Below, one piece after another: positions 52,337 to 64,000 of a stretch of 64,000 nt of DNA. Within the stretch, counting starts at the first letter, position 1, and the number at the start of each line of letters is the position of its first letter. Origin of the DNA: Octopus sinensis (lineage: Eukaryota); contig NC_043005.1 in the NCBI RefSeq assembly GCF_006345805.1, positions 22,134,001-22,198,000 of the forward strand, written 5' to 3'. A program made the position numbers and the translations under genes. A model generated the notes under the pieces. It was not told the origin of the DNA and made no database searches. It saw only the letters and a program-made list of their open reading frames with translations.

Positions 52337-54283
52337 TAAACAAACATTCTCTTATCAAAATTTGCTTATAATGTCTTCTGAAATAAGAGACAAATATCAG
52401 CAAATGTGTCCTCTTATAAATGCATATTATAATACAGACACGTGCTATTTTGTGTATGTGTGTGTTAGTGGGGTAGGGATCAGAGAAGGAATGAGAGAGG
52501 GAGGAGGTGATGTAGGTATGTATGTGCAAACGTGTGAACAAAAGAGAAGAACAAGTAAAAATGTATTTACGTAAATACCAAAATAATTGAAGTTGCCTCT
52601 TCAATATTAACTCATCAGCATTTAAAAATTTTTTTTGAGAATGGAAAGGATGATTATAAATAGGTATTGGGTCATTTTGAATTTGATGCTGTTTCCAGCT
52701 TAGAGGTTAAAGCTATGAGCATGTTACAAAGTAGTCTGTGATTTAATTCTCCCTGTTATGTATGATAACTTTTTTTTTTATTTTGAAATGGGAGCAGTGG
52801 AAACCCTATCATTTATATTTGAGAACCTTGTTAAACTTTTATTTAAAAAAAAAATCCAGAAAAAGAGACAAAAATATGAAATGAAACAAAAACAAAAAGT
52901 GAGAAAAGCAATGAGCATTAACCTTACACATTATTTGTTTGTTCCTTTAACCCTTGCAAGTATACACCTTGACCACACACTCACACACACACATTTGAAG
53001 CACCTCTACAGTTTCTTGACCTGCTAGATGTAGCAGCCAGATCCTTTCAAATAACACCCTATCATATATATAAAAAAAGAACACATTAAAGAATTTAGTC
53101 TTTATCTGAATATAATACATGGGGCTGGAACATCTTTGATCTGCTGGATGAGGATTGATCTGGAACTAAAAACAATAAGGGCACATTAGATAATGTAGTC
53201 CAAGACAAACATTGTCCACAAAAAAAAAATATGGATGGTCATGGCTAAAACATTTTTGATCATTGGTCTGCTCAATCAATGCTGACCTGGGGCTAAACAA
53301 CTACATTTAAATCTGATAATAACCATTTGTAGCTAATTAGGTATCAAAAATATTAAACCACTCATTTTACTTAAACACCAGTATTTATCTAAACATTAAC
53401 AATGATTACTTCATTTCATGACATTATTAAAATCAGCAAGTGTGTGTGTTTGTGTCTTTTGGCATTTTAGTTTGAAATAATTATTTTTCTGTCCAGTATG
53501 AAATATTTAAAAAGCAAAAGATGAAATAATTCCTTTTGTCAAGTTTAATCTCATTGTATAATAATAATAATAATAATAATGATGATGATGGATATTCTCC
53601 AAACTGCATCTCTGTAGAATTTTCTTAAGTTGAAAGAGAGATATAATTGTATTATGGTAGACAGAAAGATGTATTTTCTCATACATCTGCATTTGGATAG
53701 GAGTAATTGAACTACAGTTTTATTTCTCCGAATATATGAGGGCAAAAGATTTTTTTTTTATCACCCTACCAGAATTTCCCTGTTTATGTATTGTTACTTT
53801 CTCTCTCCTTCTGTGTATTAATGTCATTCTCTCTCTCTCTCTTTTCCTTCTCATACATTCTCTCACAACCAAAAAAAAAGTCTTTTCCCATCTCACTGTA
53901 TATACATAACATGTCCAGTGTTCATTAAATAACAACCATAACCTTTAGCCAGAACTAAGTTTGATCAAACAGTTCCCAGATAACCATTTATTTATATTGA
54001 ACTTTCATTTATTCAGTTGAGACCTTTTCTCCTTTCAAATCTATCCTTTAATCCTCTCCCACCACTCTTCTTCCAGATGTATCACAGTGATTGCCAGAAA
54101 CAAATACATATTTTTTAATTTACAGCAGAAATCTGTAGATACTTCACGAATATTTTCAACAGCCGAAGTTTATTTTATGTCATTTCTTTTTTTTTATTTC
54201 TAATTTTCTTAATTATTATTTCATCATGATTTCATTGCCATCTAGTGAATATATATTCATCTCTGCTTGCATTCTCATATCAA

Positions 54284-54332
<49 letters not shown>

Positions 54333-55520
54333 AAAGCACATAAGTGCAAAACTTTTGTATTGTTTCAAAAGTTCATTTGTGTCTAGTACACTAAGTTATA
54401 GTATATTTAAAGTTATATATTATGATGCATAAATATTTATATAAATTATATTTATCATACATATATAACATACATATATTACATATATATGTATATATAA
54501 TATACAAATAACATATATCTGTTAATATAATTGTATAAGTTCTTCTTGAGATGATAGATGTTACTGAATGGTCTAAAACCTTTTATCTAAATTTTTCCCT
54601 TATTAATGTAGGTTCAGCAATTAATATATTATTATTAACTAGAAATCAATATCTGAAACATCTTTTCTTGCTAAGCCATTTCCATTTAGTGGTGATTGTA
54701 TTCTTGTCAGTTTCCACCATATATTCCATGTAAGTCTGACAAGAAAATAAAATGACACACATATATAATAATAATAATATTAATAATACAAAAATGTATT
54801 ACTGTTAGCACTGTTGTGTCACTGAGGACTGAGTCTTTGGAATCACTTGTGTCACATTCCTGGCAATAATGTCTGTTAATTTGTTAATTCCCTCCAGTTC
54901 TTCTTTTAATTTCAGTCAAGTCTTGTTATATAGATAAATAGGATTTTTAAAAAAATAATTAGATAATGTTAACTATTTCAACAAATCAAAAAAAAAAGTT
55001 ATAAAAACCTTAATAAATGGGCAAACAAGTGACCCCCTACCTCTTCTTTTTACCAATTGATAATTACAAAAAATATCCAGTTAACACTTCTTTAAATACT
55101 GATCTCAATTCTCTCATTAAACTAACTATAATAAAACAGAACAGGTGTTTTGTTCTCTCTGACGATATTTGTTCTATTGAATTCTACCTGACACCATAAT
55201 ATCTTAAAGCAAGGTGATTGAAGGTGTTGGAAATTATGGAGAATCACAGCAAGCCAACTTCATAGAGTGGCAGGCAGAGACTATCAACTGAAATATGGAT
55301 TTGGAGATGCAAATTCTATTATCAATGCTGTGCTGTATCCATGCCCAACACTCTCAAAGGCTCATCTAGATGATATAGTTAATAGACAGGGGCTCCTCCT
55401 TGCTCTATCTAATAGGAGTATTGTTGAAATTTGTAACTGTTTTGTTGGTTGGGCTTGGCTAATATGTCTTGCCCTGGATATATGTATGTTACATGAAGTT
55501 TTCAATAGCCTATTGGATCA

Positions 55521-55522
<2 letters not shown>

Positions 55523-55581
<59 letters not shown>
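55523..55581. repeat. (TA)n microsatellite, left of the fold-back unit
   Basis: Long uninterrupted TA run. Confidence 0.95.
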
Positions 55582-55585
<4 letters not shown>

Positions 55586-55797
55586 TTATATAAATATGGA
55601 TAAGATCGTTATTTAAATATCGAACTTATCAAGTGGCCAGCATGGGAATAAAAGCCTTTAAAGGTAATAATTATTATTAAAATTATAATTTAGGATATCT
55701 AAGAGATATCACCACACTTGAAATAGCAGCCAAAACTTGACTCTAAAACCACATTAAAAGTTCATACAGCACCAGGAGAGAAGACAAAAAGACAAAA

Positions 55798-55851
55798 TAT
55801 ACACAGCACATAAATACAAGTATATATATTTGTATTTATGTGCTGCGTATA
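55798..55851. repeat. Internal hairpin, 22-bp stem with one mismatch
   Basis: TATACACAGCACATAAATACAA / TTGTATTTATGTGCTGCGTATA. Confidence 0.95.
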
Positions 55852-55908
55852 TTCCACTGATGAGGCAAAGCATTTCTTATGCAGAGCCAGAAATCCAAGA
55901 TCTGGAAT
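55851..55908 (+). ncRNA. Type I hammerhead ribozyme-like motif (one extra nucleotide before GAAA)
   Basis: Stem I ATTCCA/TGGAAT, CTGATGA, stem II GGC/GCC plus GCAT/ATGC, A, GAAA, stem III ATC/GAT, predicted AUC cleavage after C55902. Confidence 0.72.
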
Positions 55909-56036
55909 TATCCACTAATTTTTTTACTAGTTTTGTCTTTTTGTCTTCTCTCCTGGTGCTGTATGAACTTTTAATGTGGTTTTAGAGTCAAGTTTTGGCT
56001 GCTATTTCAAGCGTGGTGGTATTTCTTAGATACCCC

Positions 56037-56044
56037 TATATATA

Positions 56045-56087
<43 letters not shown>
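56037..56087. repeat. (TA)n microsatellite, right of the fold-back unit
   Basis: TA run abutting the right IR arm. Confidence 0.95.
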
Positions 56088-56091
<4 letters not shown>

Positions 56092-59000
56092 TTCATTCAT
56101 TTATTTATTCAAAGTTCAGGCTTCCTTCTGTAGATATGAAAAAGCTCTACTGTTACCTTCTGTTTGTACAATCACACACACACACACACACAAGTATATA
56201 TATTCTTGTGTAACTTGCCCTTAGTATACATGCATGTAGTTGAGATTCTGCAGGAGTTCATCCTATTTACCCAGTAAGTTAAAATATAAACCATTCTATT
56301 TACTCACATGATAAGCACTCAGAGAAATTTGTTGTTGTTGTTTTTTTTTATCATTGCTTCCACCTTGCCATTGGGGTTAGAGGGTGTGTGGGGGTAGGGC
56401 AGGGGTTCATTAACTTGTGTAGTTGTTACTGTAAAGACACACAAACAGTTAGTGCAGCACAGCAGTTTTGATTTTATTCAATAACCATCAGGGTTTTGAC
56501 TTCAGCCTTCCAACCTTCAAGTTATGAAAGCAAGGGCTATGCTGATCCAGGGATTTGGTGGCAAAGTGCATCTCTTGCCTACGGGTAGAATTCAGTAGAA
56601 AATAGAAGCGGGGAAGGGAAAGCCTTTGTGTGGTTTCATGTTGTGTGGTGTTGTGTCTTTCGCTTGTTGTGGCTGATTCAATTGACTAATATGAAAATAA
56701 AAAAATAAAAATAAAAATGAATGACTTGGTGGAAAAACAGATACCAAGTTACCATTTTTCACTGGAGCAAAACAATAGACAGGATACTGTGGTTGTTGTG
56801 TTGATACCACTGCAATATACATCCTTCTATAGACCACAACATGGTGTATCTTTAATGGATTGCACCCATAACTGCAACAAGTTATGACCATTGGTCTAAC
56901 AAGGAAATTAAATTTGAAGTTTGTTATACTTCAGATATGTTAATGTCATTTATTTGGTCAGCTTTATACCAGGGCAAGATTTAAATTTAAATGAACTTCA
57001 AAAAATGTTTTTACGAGTAAATTTAATAAAAAAATTCATCTCATTTAATTCCATGTTTGTGTATGGATTGTAAATATTTATATACCCCCATCCTCTCTCT
57101 CTCTGTGTAATGTATTTGTACAGCTATATGTGAAGGCAGTGAATGAAAGTGTTTGTAAATGTATTTTTGAGTGTGCGTTACTATAAATGCACATGTGTGT
57201 CTGTGCTGGAGTGAAATATCAAATACTGCATGGTTAAATTTATTGGTCATAAATGTTTGAAAACAACAAAAAGAAGTGGGGGAGAGGGATTATACATGTA
57301 CACACACAGGATTATTAATTACTACTCAAATATTTACCAATTTTCATGTTTTTTTTTTCACTTATGATTGTTGAATATTCCTCATTCTCATCTCCTCACC
57401 CTTTCCATACCCATCCCAATATTTAATTCTGAAAAATCATAAGTGCATGTATGCACATACACACAATAATTAATGGCTTTGATTTAGGCACAGGGCCAAC
57501 AGTTTTGAGGGACGGGATTAGTTGATTACATTGACCCTAGTGCATGATTGGTTGATTTCAGTTAATAATAATAATGGTAATAGTAACAGAACTGTTTTAA
57601 CATGAAATTTAAAAACTGATTGAATAATTGATATTTTTGTCAGGTTGTAGTTTTATTTTTTAAAATTTGTTTTTATTAACAATATAGTGTGTGTGTGTAA
57701 GAGAGAGTGAGTGATTAAAAATTTTTAAAGACTAATTTTAATAACAACAGACATTCAATGCAAGTTTCCAATTACAAAAATGTTTCTCTTTAATGTATGA
57801 TTACATAAATATTTCAAGGAATTACTGAACTTAATAGTAGTCTATGAGTGGTGGTGGTGGCCTGTGCACCTTACCAACTGTAACTGTTCTAAGAGTCTAT
57901 GATTAGTGTACCATATTCTATGTTGTATGAGGTGGAGTATTGATGTAATGTAAGCTATTTTAGTTTGTGTGGTATACTGAAGTATATTAAACAATAAACA
58001 TCAACGAACATAGTGCACCATGTTCATTGATGTATGCTGAAGTTTGTTGAGTACCATGTGTAATGATATACCCCTAAATTTGTTGATACATCATGTTTTG
58101 TACCCTTAATGACTGTTGATGTACTCTGATGTTTGTCTATATGCTTGTGTTTCATGTACAAAAATGAAGCATGGGGTGTGCAGTATGCATTATTACGTTC
58201 TATGTTTTACCCTAAAACTATATTAACGAGGTAATAGTAGGGTCCTTAAAGTACAGTTTCAAAATATCAGAGTATGTGATACACTGGAAGCTAGGCATCT
58301 TATGTTTGTACCCTGAGGTGTGTTGGGATGTTCTGTATCAGTTAAGTATTATTAGGTATATTGCTTGATAAGTTGGTTCAAATTATGGTGAAGTACCTTC
58401 AGGTAATAATTGTGGTGTGTAACATGAATATGAGGTTATAATGAATGTCCCTGTGATATGTTGGCTGTACATCCACCAAAATGTTGGCATGCCATCTTAG
58501 ATCACCAAAATACTCACACTTTATACTTACATTTTTTATATATATTTAAATGATGTCAGTCGTCTGTATCAAATATTTCATTTGTGTTCTGGTATTGTCC
58601 TAGATCCACATAAATTCATTAGATCAAAGATTTTCTTTTACTAGTTCTGTTTTCTTAATTTTTTTTTTTTTCACTTTCTTTAAAATAAATGTCTTTGGTT
58701 TTGTTGTTAAGATTGTAATAGTTGTTAGTGTTATGAAAAAACTGATTCATTTTCTTCATTTTCATGGCTTTTTATTATTTATTTGTTCGCTTCAGGAAAA
58801 TTGTACGGGTATTAAAGAAGTGAAATAATTGTAGCATGTTAGAATTCACATCAGTGAAAGGCTATTTTCTATACACTCATGCATGTATACATATACATGC
58901 ATGTGTCTGTAGTATTTATTCAAAATGAATTGCTACATACATATATAACATGTATAATTTGTAAATATATATGTATACAATCATATATATATATATATAC

Positions 59001-59141
59001 ATACATACACACTCAGACATTTTGTGTCTGTAGATATGTGTATTATTTACCAGAATATTTTGAATGCTTGCATGTTCCCTTATTTTGTATTGCTCTTTTA
59101 TTGATTGTTGTCGTTGTTAACTATGTCGCTTACAGTAAATA

Positions 59142-59187
<46 letters not shown>

Positions 59188-60679
59188 TACACACACACAC
59201 ACACATAGATGTACATATATATAATTCATATAAAATGAACTGTTTTCGTTTAAGAAAAAATCTTAAAATTAGAAGTTGTCTATTTGAGCCCTTACACATT
59301 CCATATGACTCCCCACAAAATGTAAAGGAACTTTTGTGGGAACTTGGTATGTGACTTACTTTTTGAGTGAAGATTTTCTGCTGCCTTTCTCAATACTTGC
59401 CTTAATTAAGGCATACACTGTGTGTGTATGTATACTTCTCAACCAAATTAAGGGTTCTGTCCCATATCATACTATTTATATATAATTGCATGATATATAA
59501 CCAGTATTTAGAACACCATGTACATTCTTATGTATAGCAAAATAGGGAACTGCACAGAGGATTTGTGCATTATTGTCCAAGTTTCATTACAAGTTATCCA
59601 TAGTCAGAAAGATCACAAATTACATTCAGGAAAATACAAAGCTGGTGAATCAGTTTATGTCCATTATATTAAATGCTTTAGTGAAGACCTAGAAAACTTA
59701 CCTGACCTGGATTGCATAATTCAGCTGTTAACATCACATTATTTATGAACCAACTCTCCAGTTTTGTTTTCAGTATATACACGTGTGTGTGTGTGCAGAT
59801 ATACGTATGTTTTATGTAGTAAAATTGATAAAAAGAATACAGTAAACTTGCTGTGAGGAATAAAAAATCCATTGTTTTGGACTGTGTCGTTCTTCACACA
59901 GAAAAGTTAAAAGAAATTGAGACACAGCAGAGTTTTACTATCACCAAGTTAAAAAAAAAAAAGAGGCTTGTTAACAAAGCTTTTCTGCAGTTGCTGTAGT
60001 ATTATAAATACAATGTAGAGTTTGCTAGATTATAGAGTGAGGTTCCAATAGTAGTTTGCTGCATTGTTCACTGGCTGAATTATTAGAATGTTAGACAAAA
60101 TATCTTGCAGTATTTACAGCCCATTACATTCTAAGTTCAAATTCTGTTGTTCAACCTAATGTTCCATCTTTATAGGGTTAATAAAATAAAGTTCTGAAAT
60201 CAATTGCTACTGACTTCCAAATTTGTGACTGTGTGTCTATGTTAGAAATTGTGAAGGTGAACACCAATAGATGACAATTTATAAAACACTGAATTTCGTG
60301 TCTCAGGGTATTTAGTTCTGTCCTTTTTTTTTTTTATCACTAAAATTTTCACGGAGTTCACTCTGCTTTTCATTCCTTCAGCATTGACGAAATAAGTGCA
60401 GTATTGGGGTTGATTAAATTGACTTTGCTCTTTCCCAAAATTTGAGGCCCTGTGCTGTTGTAATTATGAAGGTGACAGAAATAGATCATTGGGCAAGATG
60501 CTTGTAAGTATTTAGTTATAGCTTTTTACTCCAGAGTTTAAATTGTTTTGAGACTGACCCTTCATCATCTCAGAGCCAAGAAAATAAGTGTTTTCAATCA
60601 AATCAATTATGCCTTTTTTCTAAAAATGTGCAAATCTACTTTAGAAAATCATTAGTGCAGCAGGTTAGCAGAATTATTA

Positions 60680-60850
60680 GAGCATTGGCTAAAAATGCCT
60701 TTCAGTATTTGTTCCAGCTCTTTGTGTTCTGAGTTCAAATCCATCTGAAGTTGACTAGGTGGGATGGGGTGGGGTGGGGGGGGGTCGATGTAATCAACTA
60801 ATTTCTCCCTTCTCAAGTTTACGGCCTTCTGCCTATTATTAATAGGGTGA
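60680..60850 (+). mobile_element. Third SINE family fragment (TTCTGAGTTCAAAT...GGGGTCGATGTAATC); further decayed copies across 44800-62800
   Basis: Shared TTCTGAGTTCAAAT and GGGGTCGAT motifs. Confidence 0.6.
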
Positions 60851-62079
60851 TGTAACATATGAAACTGAAAATGATAAAACCAAGAGCAGTTGCTTGGCAA
60901 AAGTAGCAGAGCAATAAACCTAAATATCTTTAGTTTACTCTTCTGTTCTCTTGCCTAGGTCAACTTTGCCTTATGGGCCAATAAAAGAATCACTGTTATT
61001 TTGTAAGTTTGGCACACACACATATAGAGCATTGTACTTAAATGTCTTACAATTTGTTGTCTTGTTCCTCATGTCTTCTATATTCAAATCCTGCCTGGGT
61101 CAACCTTGCCATTTATCTCATTTGGGATGGGACTAATAAAATAAGTATGAAAATGAAGCTGGTAAGTTACAGAATTATTATTGTATTAACTTCTGTTTTA
61201 CTTTCTCAGTTCAAATTCTACTGGGGTCAACTTTGCCACACCATCTGTTTGTGATTTGATTAAATAAGTACAGGTAATCTACTGGGGACTGATCAAATCG
61301 GCTATATACTTCTGTCATTACAAAATTTGGCTCTGTGCCTAGTTAAATATATAACAATATTTATAAACCATTGATTTTTTTTCTTTCTTTCCAACTCCTT
61401 CCCACTCTTCTCCATTTTCATTGTTTTGTCATCTTACCATTTCTTTACCTCAAGGTCATTCAACTGTTCAACCAACACTGGTTGAGCATCTGTTGTAATA
61501 TTTTATACTTTCTGTTTCCACCATATTAATCCTACTGCTGCTACTCATGATGATGCTTTTTTTTTTATTTTGCAGCTAAAATTTATAATAAAATTGATTA
61601 TTGAAAAAATATTGTTTTCCAGTGTTTTCTTTTTCTCACATGCAGTCTGTAACTAAATTTTTTCTTTCTTACTTAACCCAGTGATTTAAATTAACTGCTG
61701 ATTGTCAAGTGACAGAATGTCTTACAGTATTCAGAATACAAATAAATGTAACTATGATCAAATCCTGCTGGAATTGATAATATTTGCCCCAGGCATTTGA
61801 TTGTATCTCTTAATATATCTATAACTTTTTGTCAAGTTTGAAAGCAACTTAATCCTTCCTCAACTAAAAATAATCAAACAATAATGAAGAGATTTATCTA
61901 TACAAATTCAATGACAAATAGTCAGTAATGTCATCACTGTTATAGGAGAGTCAAAACATAGTTAAATTAACCAATCAGAAGTCTGATGTAAAAATCATTT
62001 TATCAAATGAGACTTGTCTGATTTAAGTTGTAGATCCTAGTATGTTGTCATACTGACTTAAATAATTCTCAGTTCCAGT

Positions 62080-62139
62080 CAACTTAATAAACACCCAAGA
62101 CCACCCTGGCAACTTAATAAACACTCAAGACCACCCTGG
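62080..62139. repeat. 30-bp tandem duplication, one mismatch
   Basis: CAACTTAATAAACAC(C/T)CAAGACCACCCTGG x2. Confidence 0.95.
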
Positions 62140-63508
62140 ATTTATGATGCAAACTTCCTATCTTAAAGTGATCTAAATTATAACTTCCATCAAAATTCCA
62201 TGTTAACCTACATTCCAAACATCAGTTTCATAATAAAGTTTTATTACTACATACTTCATTATTTTCAGAATTGAAACAAAGGCAGTGTATTTCAAAATAG
62301 ATTTGGTAACAAAAGGGTTAATGGGATAAAAAATAGTTTATTAAGATCTTCAAAATGAGGGAATCATTTCATGTATTCAATGATAGTCAGAGAATGGCAT
62401 TCAGTTAATTGACTGCAATGAGAAATCCTGATTCAAAGAATGGAACACTTTAGGTCAACAGAATGTTTCTTCTCCTTTTTACTAGTTCGAAGTCTTTTTT
62501 CCATGGAACGTAAGGAAATATCTTTTCTGTTGAATGCATTTCTTTTAGTTGAATACCAGCATTTTGGTAAAGCTAAAAAAAAAAAAGGCCAACAAAATAA
62601 AGTATTGTCTATTGTTAAAGAATAATGTTTATTTGGTGTATTGGATTAGAAGAGATGGTAAAGCATTGAACAAAATGCCTTTCAGCCTTTAGTTACATTC
62701 TGAGATCAAATCCCACTTGGGTCAACTTTGTCTTTCCATCCAGGGTTGATAAAGTAACATTTAAAGACTGAATTAATTTAATGAACTTCCTTGCCCCTAA
62801 GTTGCTAGCCTTATGCCTACATTAGAAATTGTTATCTGAGAGTAAAGTATTAAGCTCATAGCCTTAAGAGATCTTCCTAGACTAGTGGAGCCAATGTAAT
62901 TACTGCTGTGTGTGTTATTTATTTGTAAAGTGTGGACAAGTGGCTAGAGTTGGCTGGTTTGGATGTTAAAAGCTTAGAGAACAAGTGGATGTTCTAATTA
63001 CTCAAGTGAAGTAAATTACTCCACAGTTATGAGAGATGCAGTAATGTAAGTCTTGAAGCATTCTTGGATGTATAAAGGTTTTAGATTTGAATTTAAACAT
63101 GGTGTTTTCTGACATACAGTCTCCAAAAAACCTTGAGCATTTAGATAGATATAATGAGAATGTAGTTAACTTATGTAAGCTACAACTGGTATGTGCAACT
63201 AAATCATCCCTTGATAAAATCTGTTACAGATTAGTTAGTGAGGAACCTTGCGACCAATGTAGACACCATAACTCCTGCAATAAGTTCTATATCATTTTAA
63301 AATGAAGCAGACCTGATGGGCTAAATATTCTCAGTACTATTACATGTAAAGGCTTGGTAAACAACCCAGCAAGAGAGATATTTCAACCTTTAATACCAGA
63401 AAAATTTGGATAAGCATATCATTCTATAATATTTCTTTTATCTGGTGCATGAGAGATACTGTGCAGTTACTTGACCAGCAAAAAATAACCAAATTTCCCA
63501 AATCACAT

Positions 63509-63708
63509 CCCTTTAACATTCAGATTACATTATCAAATGTAATACTTATTTATTCCATTGTTTTTGAATTAATCATGCATTATTTTGTTTCCAGATTTCA
63601 ATGATGTGGCTGTTTATTTTTAGAATGACATTATAGAGTAGGTGTGTCAGGCCAGACCCAGCCAGTTTGAACATAAAACAGGAAGTGGTCAGTTTAAATG
63701 CTAAAGGG
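63509..63708. mobile_element. piggyBac-like MITE, same family as 28928-29148
   Basis: CCCTTTAACATT ... AATGCTAAAGGG|TTAA; shared internal TTGAATTAATCATGCATTAT. Confidence 0.65.
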
Positions 63709-64000
63709 TTAAAGGAAAAAACATTAGATAATACAGTGATACAGTATAACTAGTGCTATGTCATGTATTGCTCACCTCCATATATGAACAACCAACAAAC
63801 AGGACCTCAAAACTGCTACAAATACTATATCATCATAAAGGATCTGTACTGGCCACCTTATGTCCAAAACATAGCTTAAAATAAAAACAACTTTTACTGT
63901 GTCACAAAGACTAGCCATCATCTTCATGAAAGAAATTACTTCACTTCCTAACAAATAACTCTTAATAAAGCTAAGTAAACTACAACAAAAAGAGGTCCCT

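Larger units (their letters stand above)
55696..56032. repeat. Long inverted repeat: 102-bp arms 55696-55797 and 55931-56032
   Basis: 81-bp perfect core (55717-55797 vs 55931-56011), 3 transition mismatches in the outer part. Confidence 0.97.

Noticed and set aside
55267-55524. 85-aa ORF next to the fold-back unit
   Set aside because: Starts at GTG, has no recognisable domain and no splice support; cannot be linked to the element.
60545-60570. Minus-strand ATGATGAAGGGTCAGTCTCAAAAC, hammerhead-like
   Set aside because: Core mismatched at both ends, and the segment aligns with the decayed SINE body (GAGTTCAAAT...CTTTCATC).
1-64000. CRISPR arrays, prokaryotic operons, rRNA or tRNA genes
   Set aside because: The DNA is eukaryotic and intron-rich; recurring repeats are dispersed SINEs, and the tRNA-like segments are SINE heads rather than intact tRNAs.

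Overview
AT-rich, microsatellite- and SINE-laden animal genomic DNA, most likely an octopus/coleoid cephalopod (inferred from the recurring SINE/RTE-tail families). The window holds one large + strand gene, the CACHD1 orthologue (VWA and cache domain-containing protein 1). I traced 27 coding exons by hand from 1240 to the stop at 52334-52336. All introns are GT-AG, all phases are compatible, and the exons total 3636 nt (1211 aa plus stop). The N-terminal exons lie upstream of the window. The introns contain decayed transposons: Tc1/mariner, non-autonomous Helitrons, RTE and CR1-like LINE fragments, a Penelope-like element (RT + GIY-YIG), piggyBac-like MITEs and many SINEs. Almost all supplied ORFs are noise or exon/TE read-through. 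The most notable unexplained structure is a ~340-bp fold-back unit at 55696-56032, 3.4 kb downstream of the CACHD1 stop: 102-bp inverted arms enclose a hairpin and a near-consensus type I hammerhead ribozyme in the sense orientation. A second, CpG-decayed hammerhead lies 3' of the Penelope-like element at 37016-37059 (- strand). No database searches were run; family and motif comparisons are from memory.
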